From positions 19,942 to 83,941 of the forward strand of contig DLQJ01000007.1 in NCBI GenBank assembly GCA_002477545.1: 64,000 nucleotides of DNA, given 5' to 3'. This document shows positions 1 through 10,260 of this stretch, piece by piece. The position numbers and the translations under genes were made by a program. The notes beneath the pieces are model-generated. The model had not been told where the DNA came from, did no database searches, and saw nothing but the letters and a program-made list of their open reading frames with translations. The stretch comes from Patescibacteria group bacterium UBA7435 (GTDB taxonomy: Bacteria > Patescibacteriota > Minisyncoccia > Phycocordibacterales > UBA918). Numbering within the stretch: position 1 is the first letter of the stretch; every line of letters starts with the position of its first letter.

Positions 1-2
1 AT

Positions 3-527
3 CTTTCTGAACTTAAGGGGCGACGTTACAACAGCAAACGTCGCGCTGCTTTAAAATGTAAAGAAAGTGCTGAGGTTACAATCAGTGACGAATCAAACAA
101 CCCGAATGTTATTACTCCGATTATTGAACTTATGAAGAAATGGGAGACAGCTAAAATGCAAAGTGATAAAAAAGTCGATATGGAGCAGGAATTCATTGCT
201 ATCCAACGAATACTTGAAAACTTAATTTCACAAGAAAGACTACTGCTTACTTTTGCAAAAAAGGGAGATGCGCTAGTTGGCTTTAGTGTTGATGAATTAC
301 TTCCAAATAAATTTGTACTTTCTCACTATTTCAAAACACTGCCTGGAACTATTGGACTTTCTGAATTCCTGAACATGAGCGTAGCTGAAAATCTAAAAAC
401 TCAAGGATACGAATACTGGAATTGGGAACAAGATCTCGGCATTGAGAGTTTGCAAACAATGAAACTCGGCTACCGTCCTCTGTCCCATCAAAAAAAGTAT
501 ATCGTGACCAAACCCACGGTATACTAA
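3..527 (+). CDS. Partial CDS (5' end outside window), hypothetical; possibly the C-terminal domain of a larger enzyme
   Basis: Reading frame is open from the window start through the first Met at 132 to the stop at 527. No domain was recognised with confidence. Confidence 0.35.
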   Translation, partial: LSELKGRRYNSKRRAALKCKESAEVTISDESNNPNVITPIIELMKKWETAKMQSDKKVDMEQEFIAIQRILENLISQERLLLTFAKKGDALVGFSVDELLPNKFVLSHYFKTLPGTIGLSEFLNMSVAENLKTQGYEYWNWEQDLGIESLQTMKLGYRPLSHQKKYIVTKPTVY

Positions 528-558
528 AGATTACTACTAGTTATTAATACAACATTTT

Positions 559-1479
559 ATGAGCTGGTTTCTTCTCGCATTAGTTGCGCCATTTTTATAC
601 GCCACAACCAATCACATCGACAAAATTCTTCTCGAGAAGTATTTCAAGGATGGTGGGGTAGGGACACTGATTTTATTTTCTGCACTCCTTTCGGTTTTGG
701 CACTTCCCGTCATTCTTTTTGCTGACCCCACAGTCTTGAGTGTAGATCTTAACAACATCTTTCTTTTAACAGGTGTTGCTATACTTGATTTAGCGATACT
801 TTGGTTTTATCTACTTGCACTTAAAGGTGACGAACCCTCGATTATTGTTGTATTTTACCAACTTGTTCCTGTACTAGCTTTAGTACTTGGATATCTGATT
901 CTTGGTGAGACCCTTACTACAATGCAACTTGTTGCTATGGGAGTTATCATATTTGGTACTACTATTGTTTCATTTGAAATTGATGATAAAAATAACTTTA
1001 AACTCCGGAAAAAGACTATAATTCTGATGTCTGCTGCTGCACTCGCATGGGCACTTGAATCAGTCCTCTTTAAAGTGGTGGCACTTGAAGAAAGTGTCTG
1101 GAGATCACTATTCTGGGAACATCTTGTGTTAGTGCTCGCTGGCCTACTTATTTTCACTTTTGTCAGATCGTACCGAAACCATTTCCTTACGGCGTTACGC
1201 AATAATTCAGTAGCTATTTTGTCTCTTAACGGTATAAATGAGGGTCTGTACATGACTGGAAATATCGTGGTTGCATTTGCCGTAATGCTCGCACCAGTGG
1301 CATTGATACTACTCGGTGAATCTTTCCAATCAATTTTTGTATTGGTAATTGGAATTCTGATAACCATCTTCCTGCCCAAACTTTCAACAGAGAGTACCGA
1401 ACGTAAACATATTGCGCAAAAACTTATAGCAATTTTGATTACTGGTATCGGTACCTACATTCTTCTTTTTGTTGCATAG
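559..1479 (+). CDS. DMT/EamA-family permease (about 10 predicted TM helices)
   Basis: Polytopic hydrophobic protein of 306 aa with an EamA-like duplicated 5-TM architecture. Confidence 0.65.
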   Translation: MSWFLLALVAPFLYATTNHIDKILLEKYFKDGGVGTLILFSALLSVLALPVILFADPTVLSVDLNNIFLLTGVAILDLAILWFYLLALKGDEPSIIVVFYQLVPVLALVLGYLILGETLTTMQLVAMGVIIFGTTIVSFEIDDKNNFKLRKKTIILMSAAALAWALESVLFKVVALEESVWRSLFWEHLVLVLAGLLIFTFVRSYRNHFLTALRNNSVAILSLNGINEGLYMTGNIVVAFAVMLAPVALILLGESFQSIFVLVIGILITIFLPKLSTESTERKHIAQKLIAILITGIGTYILLFVA

Positions 1480-1555
1480 ACACAAAAGATATACACGGAC
1501 AACTTAAAGCAGGCGTTCCTTATTTGCTATAGTTATATAAGTGTAGAAGGTACCT

Positions 1556-1918
1556 ATGAACTTCAAAAGATATATTTTACTGTACACGATTATACCGATG
1601 CTTATTCTTGCAGTAAGCGCATCGTATTTTCGTTTTATGGTCAGTCAAGATTACCTCGTAACCTATGAGGGTTTTTGTGACCCTTATACTGAATCATGTT
1701 TTATCTACTGTGAAGATGAAACTTGTACAGACCCTTTTTATTCAACGAGTATCACCCGAAAAGCTGCCGCTGTCTTTTCAGTATGCGGTGAGGACATAAC
1801 AGACTGCGAAGCAGCTGATGTGTGCACGGATAATGAAACCGAATGTTCAGTTTTGTATTGTGATCCTATACTCGATATCGATGCATGTGAAATGTTGTCA
1901 CTAACTGACCTAGAATAA
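1556..1918 (+). CDS. Small membrane-anchored cysteine-rich protein (13 Cys)
   Basis: N-terminal TM helix followed by a Cys- and Asp/Glu-rich ectodomain. Its stop is 2 nt before the start of the histidine kinase, indicating translational coupling. Confidence 0.5.
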   Translation: MNFKRYILLYTIIPMLILAVSASYFRFMVSQDYLVTYEGFCDPYTESCFIYCEDETCTDPFYSTSITRKAAAVFSVCGEDITDCEAADVCTDNETECSVLYCDPILDIDACEMLSLTDLE

Positions 1919-1920
1919 TT

Positions 1921-3597
1921 ATGATTTGTTACCTCTACGAAGCACCAACATATTTCTTTTTTGCACCAGACTTACCTGAACTTTTATATTATTCACACAT
2001 TCCCGCAAGTGTTCTGGCACTTCTTATAGGGTTCTTTGTTTTTCTACATGCACGTGACCAACTTCTTAATAAACTTCTCTTAATTATTTCAGTTTGTTTC
2101 TCACTGTGGACACTAACAAGTCTGATTGCATGGACAAATGTGGAAGCTAATTTTGTGGCATTTGTATGGCCATTCTTTGCACTTCTTTCGAGTTTCATTG
2201 CGATTTTCAGTATTTATTTTATCCATGTATTTCTTACCAAGGAAGATGTCTCATTTCGTTTAAAACTCGGCTTTTTAGCACTTTTAACACCAGTATTACT
2301 CTTGGCACATACTAATCTAAGTATATCTGGATTCAATATCACAAACTGTGATGCCTTTGGATTTGAAGGTTCTCTATACAAAGGTTATTACACACTTCTT
2401 GGGTACGTAGCGATGATTTGGATAGCAACCTTGTTGATTAAACACTATAGAAAAGCCACGAGTGAATTACGGACTCAAATTCTCTACATGGGAATTGGCA
2501 TTGAATCATTCCTTTTCTTGTTCACCACACTTACGTTTATTGGAACATACCTTGCAACCACAGGTGTTGTTGATGATTCGCGCATTGAACTCTATGGTTT
2601 GTTTGGGATGATGATTTTCATGGTCTTTATGGCTATGCTTATTGTGCGGTTCAAAACCTTTAATGTGACAGTACTTGCACCACAAGCCTTAGTATTAGCA
2701 CTTCTTATTCTTGTTGCCTCTCAATTTACTTACGTAACAACCGCAACAAGCATCACCTTAACCAGTGTCACACTCGTACTTACTGCATTGGCTGGTCTTG
2801 TCATTATTCGAAATGTAAAAAAAGAAATCAAACAAAGAAAAGAAATTGAACAACTTGCACAAAAATTGAAAAAAGCCAATAAGCGCCTAAAGGAATTGGA
2901 TCAAATGAAATCAGAATTTGTGTCCATTGCTTCGCACCAACTGCGAAGCCCACTCACTTCAATCCGCGGATATGCTTCAATGATCCTTGAAGGTTCATAC
3001 GGGAAACTACCAACAAAAGCCGAGGAGGTTGTTGGAAAAATCGTTGAATCAAGTACGTTTATGGCATCTTCAATTGAAGACTATTTGAACGTATCACGCA
3101 TTGAAGCAGGGAATATGAAGTACGAACTTGCTGACTTTAACCTCAAGGATGAGGCGGAGCATGTTGCTGACGACAAGCGACAGGAAGCTATGAAGAAGGG
3201 ATTATTACTTACATTTAAATCTGACCTTGATCGACACGGTATAGTAAATGCTGACATTGGCAAGACACGACAAATTCTGCACAACCTGATCAATAACGCG
3301 CTGAAGTACACACCACGAGGGACTATCGTTATATTTGCTCACGACGATGCAAAGAAAAAGAAAATGTATATTGATATTATCGACAGTGGAATTGGTATGC
3401 GCGCTGATGAAGTGGAAGATATCTTTGGCAAATTCGAACGGGCACACAACGCGAATGAAACAAACGTTACGGGAACTGGACTTGGTTTGTTTGTTGCTCG
3501 TAAGATGGCTCGTCACATGAACGGGGAAGTAACAGCAATGTCTGATGGACCTGGTCATGGCTCAACTTTCCGACTAGAAATGCCACTACAAATGTAG
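1921..3597 (+). CDS. Sensor histidine kinase with a multi-TM (about 8 helices) N-terminal sensor domain
   Basis: HisKA H-box 'SHQLRSPLTSIRGY'. HATPase_c N, G1 and G2 boxes ('NLINNALKYT', 'DSGIGM', 'GTGLGL'). No adjacent response regulator. Confidence 0.85.
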   Translation: MICYLYEAPTYFFFAPDLPELLYYSHIPASVLALLIGFFVFLHARDQLLNKLLLIISVCFSLWTLTSLIAWTNVEANFVAFVWPFFALLSSFIAIFSIYFIHVFLTKEDVSFRLKLGFLALLTPVLLLAHTNLSISGFNITNCDAFGFEGSLYKGYYTLLGYVAMIWIATLLIKHYRKATSELRTQILYMGIGIESFLFLFTTLTFIGTYLATTGVVDDSRIELYGLFGMMIFMVFMAMLIVRFKTFNVTVLAPQALVLALLILVASQFTYVTTATSITLTSVTLVLTALAGLVIIRNVKKEIKQRKEIEQLAQKLKKANKRLKELDQMKSEFVSIASHQLRSPLTSIRGYASMILEGSYGKLPTKAEEVVGKIVESSTFMASSIEDYLNVSRIEAGNMKYELADFNLKDEAEHVADDKRQEAMKKGLLLTFKSDLDRHGIVNADIGKTRQILHNLINNALKYTPRGTIVIFAHDDAKKKKMYIDIIDSGIGMRADEVEDIFGKFERAHNANETNVTGTGLGLFVARKMARHMNGEVTAMSDGPGHGSTFRLEMPLQM

Positions 3598-3677
3598 GGA
3601 TAAAGAACGAGTAATTTCTAATGTATTGATTTATATTAATAATTATGGTATAATTTAAATGTGCAAATGAAACAGAG

Positions 3678-4220
3678 GTGAAGCAAATGGAACCGAAAAT
3701 TACTGCTGAGGAACTTCTTCCTCTTCATGGACGTATTGGAATCAGTACTATGATTCCTGACCACGTTGGACTTATCGCAGTTAGTGATATACCTGCCAAT
3801 ACAATAATTGGACATACGTCGGTTGAACTAACTGAATATCTTTGTCCTTGGGAGGAGTATGAAAACTTAGATCAGGGAACAAGAGACTGGGTTGATGATT
3901 TTTGTCTCGGAACTCCTGCCGGATTCTATACAATTGGAAACCCAAATCATTGGCCAATTGTCTGGCACATGAACCATTCATGTGACGGAAATGTCGGATT
4001 CGACTTTATGGATAATTTTATTTCCCTGAAGAAGATCAGAAAAGGGGAGGAAATTGTCTATGATTATGCGCTTGCCGAATCAGGGCCAAAATTCAATATG
4101 TCCTGCAAATGCGGTAGTGCAAATTGCCGAGGAATAATCACTGGCAGCGACTGGAAGAAACTTGGAAAGAATCCTGAGATTCGCAAAAATATGATTTCCT
4201 ATCTAAAGGATAGTTGCTAG
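3678..4220 (+). CDS. SET-domain protein (putative lysine methyltransferase)
   Basis: 'NHSCDGN' pseudoknot motif, a conserved Tyr ('YDYAL') and a post-SET Cys cluster 'CKCGSANCRG'. Confidence 0.7.
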   Translation: MKQMEPKITAEELLPLHGRIGISTMIPDHVGLIAVSDIPANTIIGHTSVELTEYLCPWEEYENLDQGTRDWVDDFCLGTPAGFYTIGNPNHWPIVWHMNHSCDGNVGFDFMDNFISLKKIRKGEEIVYDYALAESGPKFNMSCKCGSANCRGIITGSDWKKLGKNPEIRKNMISYLKDSC

Positions 4221-4299
4221 GGCAACATATAAGGGCTACCATCTTGGTAGCCCTTTTTAATTAATTTACTTTATATCGTAATTTGCTATCATTGCACAC

Positions 4300-5241
4300 A
4301 TGACCAAAAAACGACTACTCACAGGACTACAATCCTCAGGGGACCTACATATTGGAAATTACTTTGGAGCACTCAAACCCTTTGTTGAGATGTATGAAGA
4401 CTACGATAGTTTTCTTATGATTGCTGACTACCATGCACTTACTTCAGTACGTGATCCTGAAGCAATGCGCCGGAATACGATTAATGTCGTTAAAGATTAT
4501 CTTGCGGCTGGAGTTGATCCTGCCAAAGCCGTTATCTTTCGCCAGTCAGACAACCAAGATCATACGGAACTGGGATGGGTACTTAATTGTATGGTCACCG
4601 TACCATTTCTAATGCAAGCGCATTCATACAAAGATAAAGTAGCTAAAGGTAACGAAGCAAACGCGGGACTTTTTACCTACCCAATGCTACAAGCTGCTGA
4701 CATTGCACTGTACGACATTGATGTGGTACCAGTAGGCGAAGATCAGCGACAGCATCTTGAGTATGCACGTGAGGCAGTAGGAAAATTTAATCGGGCGTAT
4801 GGAAATACACTTAAGGAACCACAAGAAAAAATTCTTGATGCTGTTGGAGTGATCCCTGGTATTGATGGCGCGAAGATGAGCAAGAGTTACGGAAACACTA
4901 TTCCTCTGTTTGGTACTCCCGAAGAAATCAAGAAAGCAGTGATGAGCATTGTGACTGACTCAGATGGTGGGCGACCTGAAAACGTCTATGCGATCCATAA
5001 GCTATTACGAAGCGAAGACGAGCTTAAAACAATCTATAAAGACAACGAGGGACGCTACGGTGACTTAAAGAACATTCTTGCAGAAGATCTTGAGACACTT
5101 ATTGCACCGATGCGAGAACGACGTAATCAAATTTCTGATGAGGATGTGAAAGCGGTATTGGAAGATGGGGCAAAGCGAGCAAAAGAAGTTTCAGGCCAGA
5201 TACTCAAGCAGGTTCGTTCTGCTATTGGTATCGAACTCTAA
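4300..5241 (+). CDS. trpS: Tryptophanyl-tRNA synthetase
   Basis: 'GLQSSGDLHIGNY' (HIGH) and 'KMSKS' motifs. The 313-aa class Ic size is typical of TrpRS. Confidence 0.9.
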   Translation: MTKKRLLTGLQSSGDLHIGNYFGALKPFVEMYEDYDSFLMIADYHALTSVRDPEAMRRNTINVVKDYLAAGVDPAKAVIFRQSDNQDHTELGWVLNCMVTVPFLMQAHSYKDKVAKGNEANAGLFTYPMLQAADIALYDIDVVPVGEDQRQHLEYAREAVGKFNRAYGNTLKEPQEKILDAVGVIPGIDGAKMSKSYGNTIPLFGTPEEIKKAVMSIVTDSDGGRPENVYAIHKLLRSEDELKTIYKDNEGRYGDLKNILAEDLETLIAPMRERRNQISDEDVKAVLEDGAKRAKEVSGQILKQVRSAIGIEL

Positions 5242-5461
5242 CTAGACCTTTACAAATAGTACGTTCACCCGTACTATTTATCTATACCACTGACACAGTT
5301 GACACCTGTTGAGGTATTGAACAAACGAGCCCAGCACCACTCTTACACAAAAGTGGTGCTGGGGAAGTAGGGTGGCACCGCGAACAATCACCAGATTGCA
5401 ATCGCCCCTATAAACATATTATTACTAATATTTTTATAGGGGCGATTTATGTATTCCTATT

Positions 5462-5761
5462 ATGATTATGGAAAAAATACCAGATAATTTTGAACACCAG
5501 CCTTCTGAGGAGGTGGTTGCCGCAGCTGAGTCACTCGGTGAATATATTGATAATATCTTTAAAATCGAAAAAATTACAACCCAAACAAATGTAGAAGGAA
5601 TTCGAATATCAGGGAGAATATCAAACGAGGAACTATCTGAACTTCATCAGTTTATACTTAAAAATACAAAACTATTTCAAAACATACTCTTTAAAGCAAA
5701 TCGTGATAGTAATGAAATCTGCACCATAGACATATCATTAAACCCTGTTAAATCAAATTAA
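5462..5761 (+). CDS. Hypothetical protein, translationally coupled to aspS
   Basis: 99-aa ORF whose end lies 4 nt before the aspS start. No motif recognised. Confidence 0.35.
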   Translation: MIMEKIPDNFEHQPSEEVVAAAESLGEYIDNIFKIEKITTQTNVEGIRISGRISNEELSELHQFILKNTKLFQNILFKANRDSNEICTIDISLNPVKSN

Positions 5762-5764
5762 AAT

Positions 5765-7126
5765 ATGAAACGAACACTTATTAAGTCTCTATCAGAGCAT
5801 GTAGAAAAGGAAGTAACAATCAACGGAATTGTTGATGTTGCACGACAGCAAGGGAAGATGGCTTTCTTTGATTTTCGTGACTACACAGGAAAAGTGCAGG
5901 GGGTAGTCTTTGGAAAACCTGAGGTGCTTGAGACTGCCAAAGAACTCGGAAGCGAATACGCAGTTTCTGTTACCGGAATGGTAAACAAACGACCTGAGAA
6001 GATGGTAAATGCTGGAGTCGTTAACGGAGACATTGAACTAGAGATTACTGGAATTGAAATTTTGAATCCAGCAGAAGCTCTGCCATTTGATATGGACGCA
6101 GATTTTGCGATTGATACGCTTCTTGATAACCGTCCACTAACACTCCGACGAGACCACGATCGAGCAGTATTTACCATACAGCATGAGATCGTTACTGCTT
6201 ACCAAGAGTTCCTTGTAGGAGAAGGATTCACCTCATTCCAAGCACCAAAGCTTGTAGGGGGTGATGCTGAAGGGGGAGCTGAAGTATTTAAAGTGAAATA
6301 CTTTAAAGAACGAGACGCCTTCCTCTCAACGAGTCCACAGCTATACAAACAAATTATGGTTGGTGTGTTTGAGCGAGTATTTTCTATTGCTACGGCATTT
6401 CGAGCTGAAAAAAGTGCAACCAGCCGTCATTTAAGTGAATATTCGTCACTTGATATGGAGATGGGATTTATTACTGATCACTTGGATGTGATGCGCGTTG
6501 AAACATCATTGATGAAGCACCTGGTTAAGCACTTGGGCGCACATGCTGTTGATGCATTGAAGACACTTGAAATTGAACTTCCTGCAATCCCTGATGGAGA
6601 CATCATGCCCTACATGAAACTTCGTGAAGCTCAAGAGCTTATCCTGAAAGAGACAGGAGTAGACAAGACAAGTGAGCCTGATCTGGAGCCGGAAGACGAA
6701 CGATGGTTGTGCGAGTATGCGAGCAAGAATCTTGGTTCTGACTTTATCTTCATTACGCATTATCCAGTTTCAAAGCGACCATTCTACACATACGAGGATC
6801 CTGAAGACCTTGGCTTCACGAAGAGTTTCGACCTTCTCTTTCGAGGGGTAGAAATTACTACTGGTGGACAGCGTGTGCATGACTACAAAACACTACAAGA
6901 AAAAATTACTGCAAAGGGAATGAACCCTGAAGATTTTTCATTCTACCTACAGGCATTCAAAAATGGAATTCCTCCACACGGTGGATGGGGAATGGGGCTT
7001 GAGCGATTGACTGCGAAGTTCTGTGGAGTTGCCAACGTAAAGGAAGCAACACTCTTCCCTCGAGACATCAACCGAATTGATGCACTACTTTCTAAGGCAG
7101 AACAGATGCCTGAGGAAACTGAATAA
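5765..7126 (+). CDS. aspS: Aspartyl-tRNA synthetase, archaeal/eukaryotic-type (about 450 aa)
   Basis: N-terminal OB fold. Class II motifs 'FRAEKS', 'GGWGMGLERL' and the flipping loop 'STSPQLYKQ'. Confidence 0.85.
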   Translation: MKRTLIKSLSEHVEKEVTINGIVDVARQQGKMAFFDFRDYTGKVQGVVFGKPEVLETAKELGSEYAVSVTGMVNKRPEKMVNAGVVNGDIELEITGIEILNPAEALPFDMDADFAIDTLLDNRPLTLRRDHDRAVFTIQHEIVTAYQEFLVGEGFTSFQAPKLVGGDAEGGAEVFKVKYFKERDAFLSTSPQLYKQIMVGVFERVFSIATAFRAEKSATSRHLSEYSSLDMEMGFITDHLDVMRVETSLMKHLVKHLGAHAVDALKTLEIELPAIPDGDIMPYMKLREAQELILKETGVDKTSEPDLEPEDERWLCEYASKNLGSDFIFITHYPVSKRPFYTYEDPEDLGFTKSFDLLFRGVEITTGGQRVHDYKTLQEKITAKGMNPEDFSFYLQAFKNGIPPHGGWGMGLERLTAKFCGVANVKEATLFPRDINRIDALLSKAEQMPEETE

Positions 7127-7207
7127 TCAAGGAATAAAAAGGGCGGAAAGCAAAACTTTCCGTCCTTTTTCGTATTTTGCTATACTACTTGTACTAACTT
7201 TTATAAT

Positions 7208-8620
7208 ATGACAAAGCTAACCCTATCCAACAAAGACATACCTGCCGTAGCAAAGAAATACTGCAAACTCGTTATCACTGAAGACGCACCAAGCTGGCAC
7301 CGACTGGTTGAGTGCGAAGACGGGTCACTTGAGTACCGCATAGGAGCAGGGAAGTGGAAGGCGATGACGGCACGCAAATACATTACGTTTGTACGAACAG
7401 TGGTGCAGGCTGCTAAGAGTCACCAGATTGAACACCTCGCAATTCAGGCGCCTGTAGCGATGCTTCCGGCAATTCTTAAGGAACACGATAGTCAATGGAT
7501 TCTTTCTACGCTCGCTGAGAATCTTACTATCGCAGCATACGAATTCACGATGTACAAAAGTACAAAATCAAAGAAAAAACAACTGCAAGAGGTTCTTGTT
7601 TGTGGAGGTCTTTCTTCAGCAGAAAAGAAAGCATTCGCTCGTGGCCTTATTGTTGGAACACAGGTAAATGTTGCTCGTGATATCGCAAATACAACTGCAG
7701 AAGACATGACGCCAACAAACCTCGGAAAAGCTGCTGTGAAGGCGGTTAAAGGAACAAAGGCATCAGTAAAGGTTCTTGGTGAAAAAGAGCTTCAAAAGCT
7801 CAAAATGGGTCTCTTATTGGCTGTTGGGGCGGGAACTAAGCATGAAACTAAGCTGATCGTGATGGAATATTACGGAGCCGGGAAAGCGAAGGGTAACCCG
7901 ACTGTATTTATTGGAAAAGGTATCACCTATGACACAGGTGGTTTGAATGTAAAACCAAGCGGACACATGCATGACATGCATATGGACATGTCCGGAGGGT
8001 CAGCGGTTATTGCTGCGGTTGCAGCAAGCGCAAAGCTCGGACTGAAGAAAAACATCATCGGTATTATCCCCGCGGCTGAAAATGCTGTATCAGATCGTGC
8101 AATGCGTGCGGGAGATATTGTTACTGCAATGAACGGCAAGACTGTTGAAGTGCTCCATACTGACGCTGAGGGACGTATGGTATTGGCTGATGCACTGACG
8201 TACTCAGAACGCTTCAAACCAAAAGTTATTCTTGATGTCGCAACACTTACTGGGGCAGCACTCTCAGCGCTCGGGCAACATGCGTCAGCAATCATGACGA
8301 AGGATGAAAAACTGGAAACCAAATTACGAACGCTTGGAGAAGCATCAGGTGATTACGTATGGCCGTTACCTTTGTGGGACGAGTACCAAGCACACATCAA
8401 ATCTACCCGAGCTGATTTAAGTAACATCGCTGCGAACTTCTCACGTTTTGGAGGGTCAATTGAAGGTGGTACATTTCTCGCTAACTTCGCGCCAAAGAAG
8501 GTGCCTTGGGCACATATTGATATCGCCCCACGGATGGAAGCAATCGCAAGCGATAAACTAGCCAAAGGTTCAACAGGTGAGCCCGTACGACTGTTGGTAC
8601 GTTTTGCTGAAGAGTACTAG
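7208..8620 (+). CDS. pepA: Leucyl aminopeptidase (M17)
   Basis: 'NTTAEDMTPTNL', 'GKGITYDTGGLNVKP' and 'NTDAEGRMVLADAL' signatures. Confidence 0.9.
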   Translation: MTKLTLSNKDIPAVAKKYCKLVITEDAPSWHRLVECEDGSLEYRIGAGKWKAMTARKYITFVRTVVQAAKSHQIEHLAIQAPVAMLPAILKEHDSQWILSTLAENLTIAAYEFTMYKSTKSKKKQLQEVLVCGGLSSAEKKAFARGLIVGTQVNVARDIANTTAEDMTPTNLGKAAVKAVKGTKASVKVLGEKELQKLKMGLLLAVGAGTKHETKLIVMEYYGAGKAKGNPTVFIGKGITYDTGGLNVKPSGHMHDMHMDMSGGSAVIAAVAASAKLGLKKNIIGIIPAAENAVSDRAMRAGDIVTAMNGKTVEVLHTDAEGRMVLADALTYSERFKPKVILDVATLTGAALSALGQHASAIMTKDEKLETKLRTLGEASGDYVWPLPLWDEYQAHIKSTRADLSNIAANFSRFGGSIEGGTFLANFAPKKVPWAHIDIAPRMEAIASDKLAKGSTGEPVRLLVRFAEEY

Positions 8621-8692
8621 TACCGCTACCTACACACAAAGGGCGGAAAAGCTTTGCTTTTCCGCCCTTTGTACATGCTAAAATAAACTTAA

Positions 8693-9436
8693 ATGGATGG
8701 AACTGCAACACTAGAAAAGTTTGAAGTTAAAACTGAGGCCTTTGAGGGACCGTTGGAACTTTTGTTAGATCTGGTAGAACGGCGGAAACTGTTGATCAAT
8801 GATATCTCGCTTGCAGAGGTGACTGATGAATATATGCGACAGGTGTCGATCATGCAGGAACTGTCGCTACCAAACACGGCACAGTTCGTGGCGCTGGCTG
8901 CGACGTTACTTTTAATTAAATCGAAGTCGCTACTTCCGGTACTTGATCTAAGCACCGAAGAGGAGGAAGGAATTGATAACCTTGAGCTACGCCTGAAGCG
9001 GTACCAAATGTATCGAGATATCGCGAAGAACGTGGAAGAACTTTTTGGAAATACGATGACGCATGAACGTCAATATGTGGCTGACAAAAATCCAGTTTTT
9101 GTAACTGATAAATTTACCACCACATCAGGATTAGAAGAAGCTATTGGGAGTGTATTAGTAAATCTACCTAAGAAAGAAATCAAGCAAAAGGTACAAGTGC
9201 GTAAAGTAATCTCCCTTGAGGAAATGATGAACCGCCTACATTTGCGTATTGAAAACCAAATAAAAATGAAGTTTAGTGAATTGGTTGAAAACTCAACAGA
9301 ACGAACCGATGTAATTGTCGGGTTCTTAGCAATCCTAGAGTCAGTTAAGCAGGGAAGTATCCTCGTGGCACAACTCAATCGTTTTGAAGATATAGAAATA
9401 GAGCAGGAAAGTGCGCAAACCCCCAAATATACATAA
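8693..9436 (+). CDS. scpA: Segregation and condensation protein A
   Basis: ScpA-like N-terminus 'FEGPLELLLDLVERRKLLINDISLAEVTDEY'. Confidence 0.8.
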   Translation: MDGTATLEKFEVKTEAFEGPLELLLDLVERRKLLINDISLAEVTDEYMRQVSIMQELSLPNTAQFVALAATLLLIKSKSLLPVLDLSTEEEEGIDNLELRLKRYQMYRDIAKNVEELFGNTMTHERQYVADKNPVFVTDKFTTTSGLEEAIGSVLVNLPKKEIKQKVQVRKVISLEEMMNRLHLRIENQIKMKFSELVENSTERTDVIVGFLAILESVKQGSILVAQLNRFEDIEIEQESAQTPKYT

Positions 9437-9485
9437 AAGGCGGGCAAATATTGCCCGCCGCTGTCTTTTATTTGAAAAATTATTT

Positions 9486-9842
9486 TCAAACAGGCTGCTG
9501 AATTTTAATCTTGTTTACAAGATAACCTCTATATTCAAGAGGACGAATAGGTCTTATATCTTCTCTCCTGAGAAGAATAATTCCCTTTTCGTGCACTTCT
9601 AAATGAAATTGGTACCATGGAATTTCATAGATTTCACCAGTTAGATGATCCTCTATAAACGAACATTCACCGCAACATTGTGCAACGTTAGTGATGTAAG
9701 ATCGTAATTCATTTATTCCATTAGTAAATAAATTAAATTCTTGGTTTTTTCGCACATGAACATCAAAATGTCCCCTAAATTGTGTTACGTCTGTTATAAG
9801 TCCTGTCTTCATTACTGCCTCCTCTTTTAAATTTTTGTACAA
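9486..9842 (-). CDS. Hypothetical protein (CCGEC motif), antisense to the scp gene direction
   Basis: 118-aa ORF. No recognised domain. Confidence 0.35.
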   Translation of the reverse strand: MYKNLKEEAVMKTGLITDVTQFRGHFDVHVRKNQEFNLFTNGINELRSYITNVAQCCGECSFIEDHLTGEIYEIPWYQFHLEVHEKGIILLRREDIRPIRPLEYRGYLVNKIKIQQPV

Positions 9843-9940
9843 CTTCTATACTTTGTAATGTACTACCTGCTTATTTTTTGTCAAAAAAAATGCCCCACTA
9901 ATATAATATGTGAGGCATTGTGCTGAAAAATTCAGCTAAT

Positions 9941-10260
9941 CTCCGTTTGAGTTCTGCATTACTAGGACTCCCCCTGTAAATAATTGCGTCCTGGTCAATC
10001 CAGACGCACGCCGGCCAAATCAGATGTTGTTTGAGACTATCGCTGGAGCGATAGTAGTCGGACCACGAATTAGCATGATCTTACTCCTTTTATCAGTTTG
10101 AGCTTTCTTCTTCAATGTGTTGACCATGCGGCCGTTTTCGAGCCAAGAAGCCTACGGGCTCTCTATGGCGATCGCAACTAGCAGTCATATGATGCCAATT
10201 TTCGCGATATCATCACCGCAGGTCAACGCGAATATACTAGCACATAGTATGGTTTTGTCA
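9941..10260. other. GC-rich ORF-free segment with several perfect hairpins; unclassified, candidate structured ncRNA or gene remnant
   Basis: No ORF of 60 aa or more on either strand. Local GC is visibly higher than the flanks. Palindrome 'gactatcgctggagcgatagtc'. No tmRNA tag or RNase P CR-I/CR-V motifs were found by eye. Confidence 0.3.

Noticed and set aside
855-1379. 174-aa antisense ORF inside the DMT permease gene, and many similar antisense ORFs (5881-6177, 7927-8322, 12495-12782, 21461-21832, 37754-38140, 47623-48069 and others)
   Set aside because: They are fully embedded in well-supported genes on the other strand, have biased low-complexity composition, and carry no motifs. They are treated as spurious.
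9941-10260. tmRNA, RNase P or SRP RNA in the GC-rich gap
   Set aside because: No ANDENYALAA-like tag ORF on either strand. No GGAAAGUCCGGGCUCC or ACAGAAACCCGGCUUA-like P4 motifs. No SRP domain IV motif. The region is kept only as an unclassified candidate.
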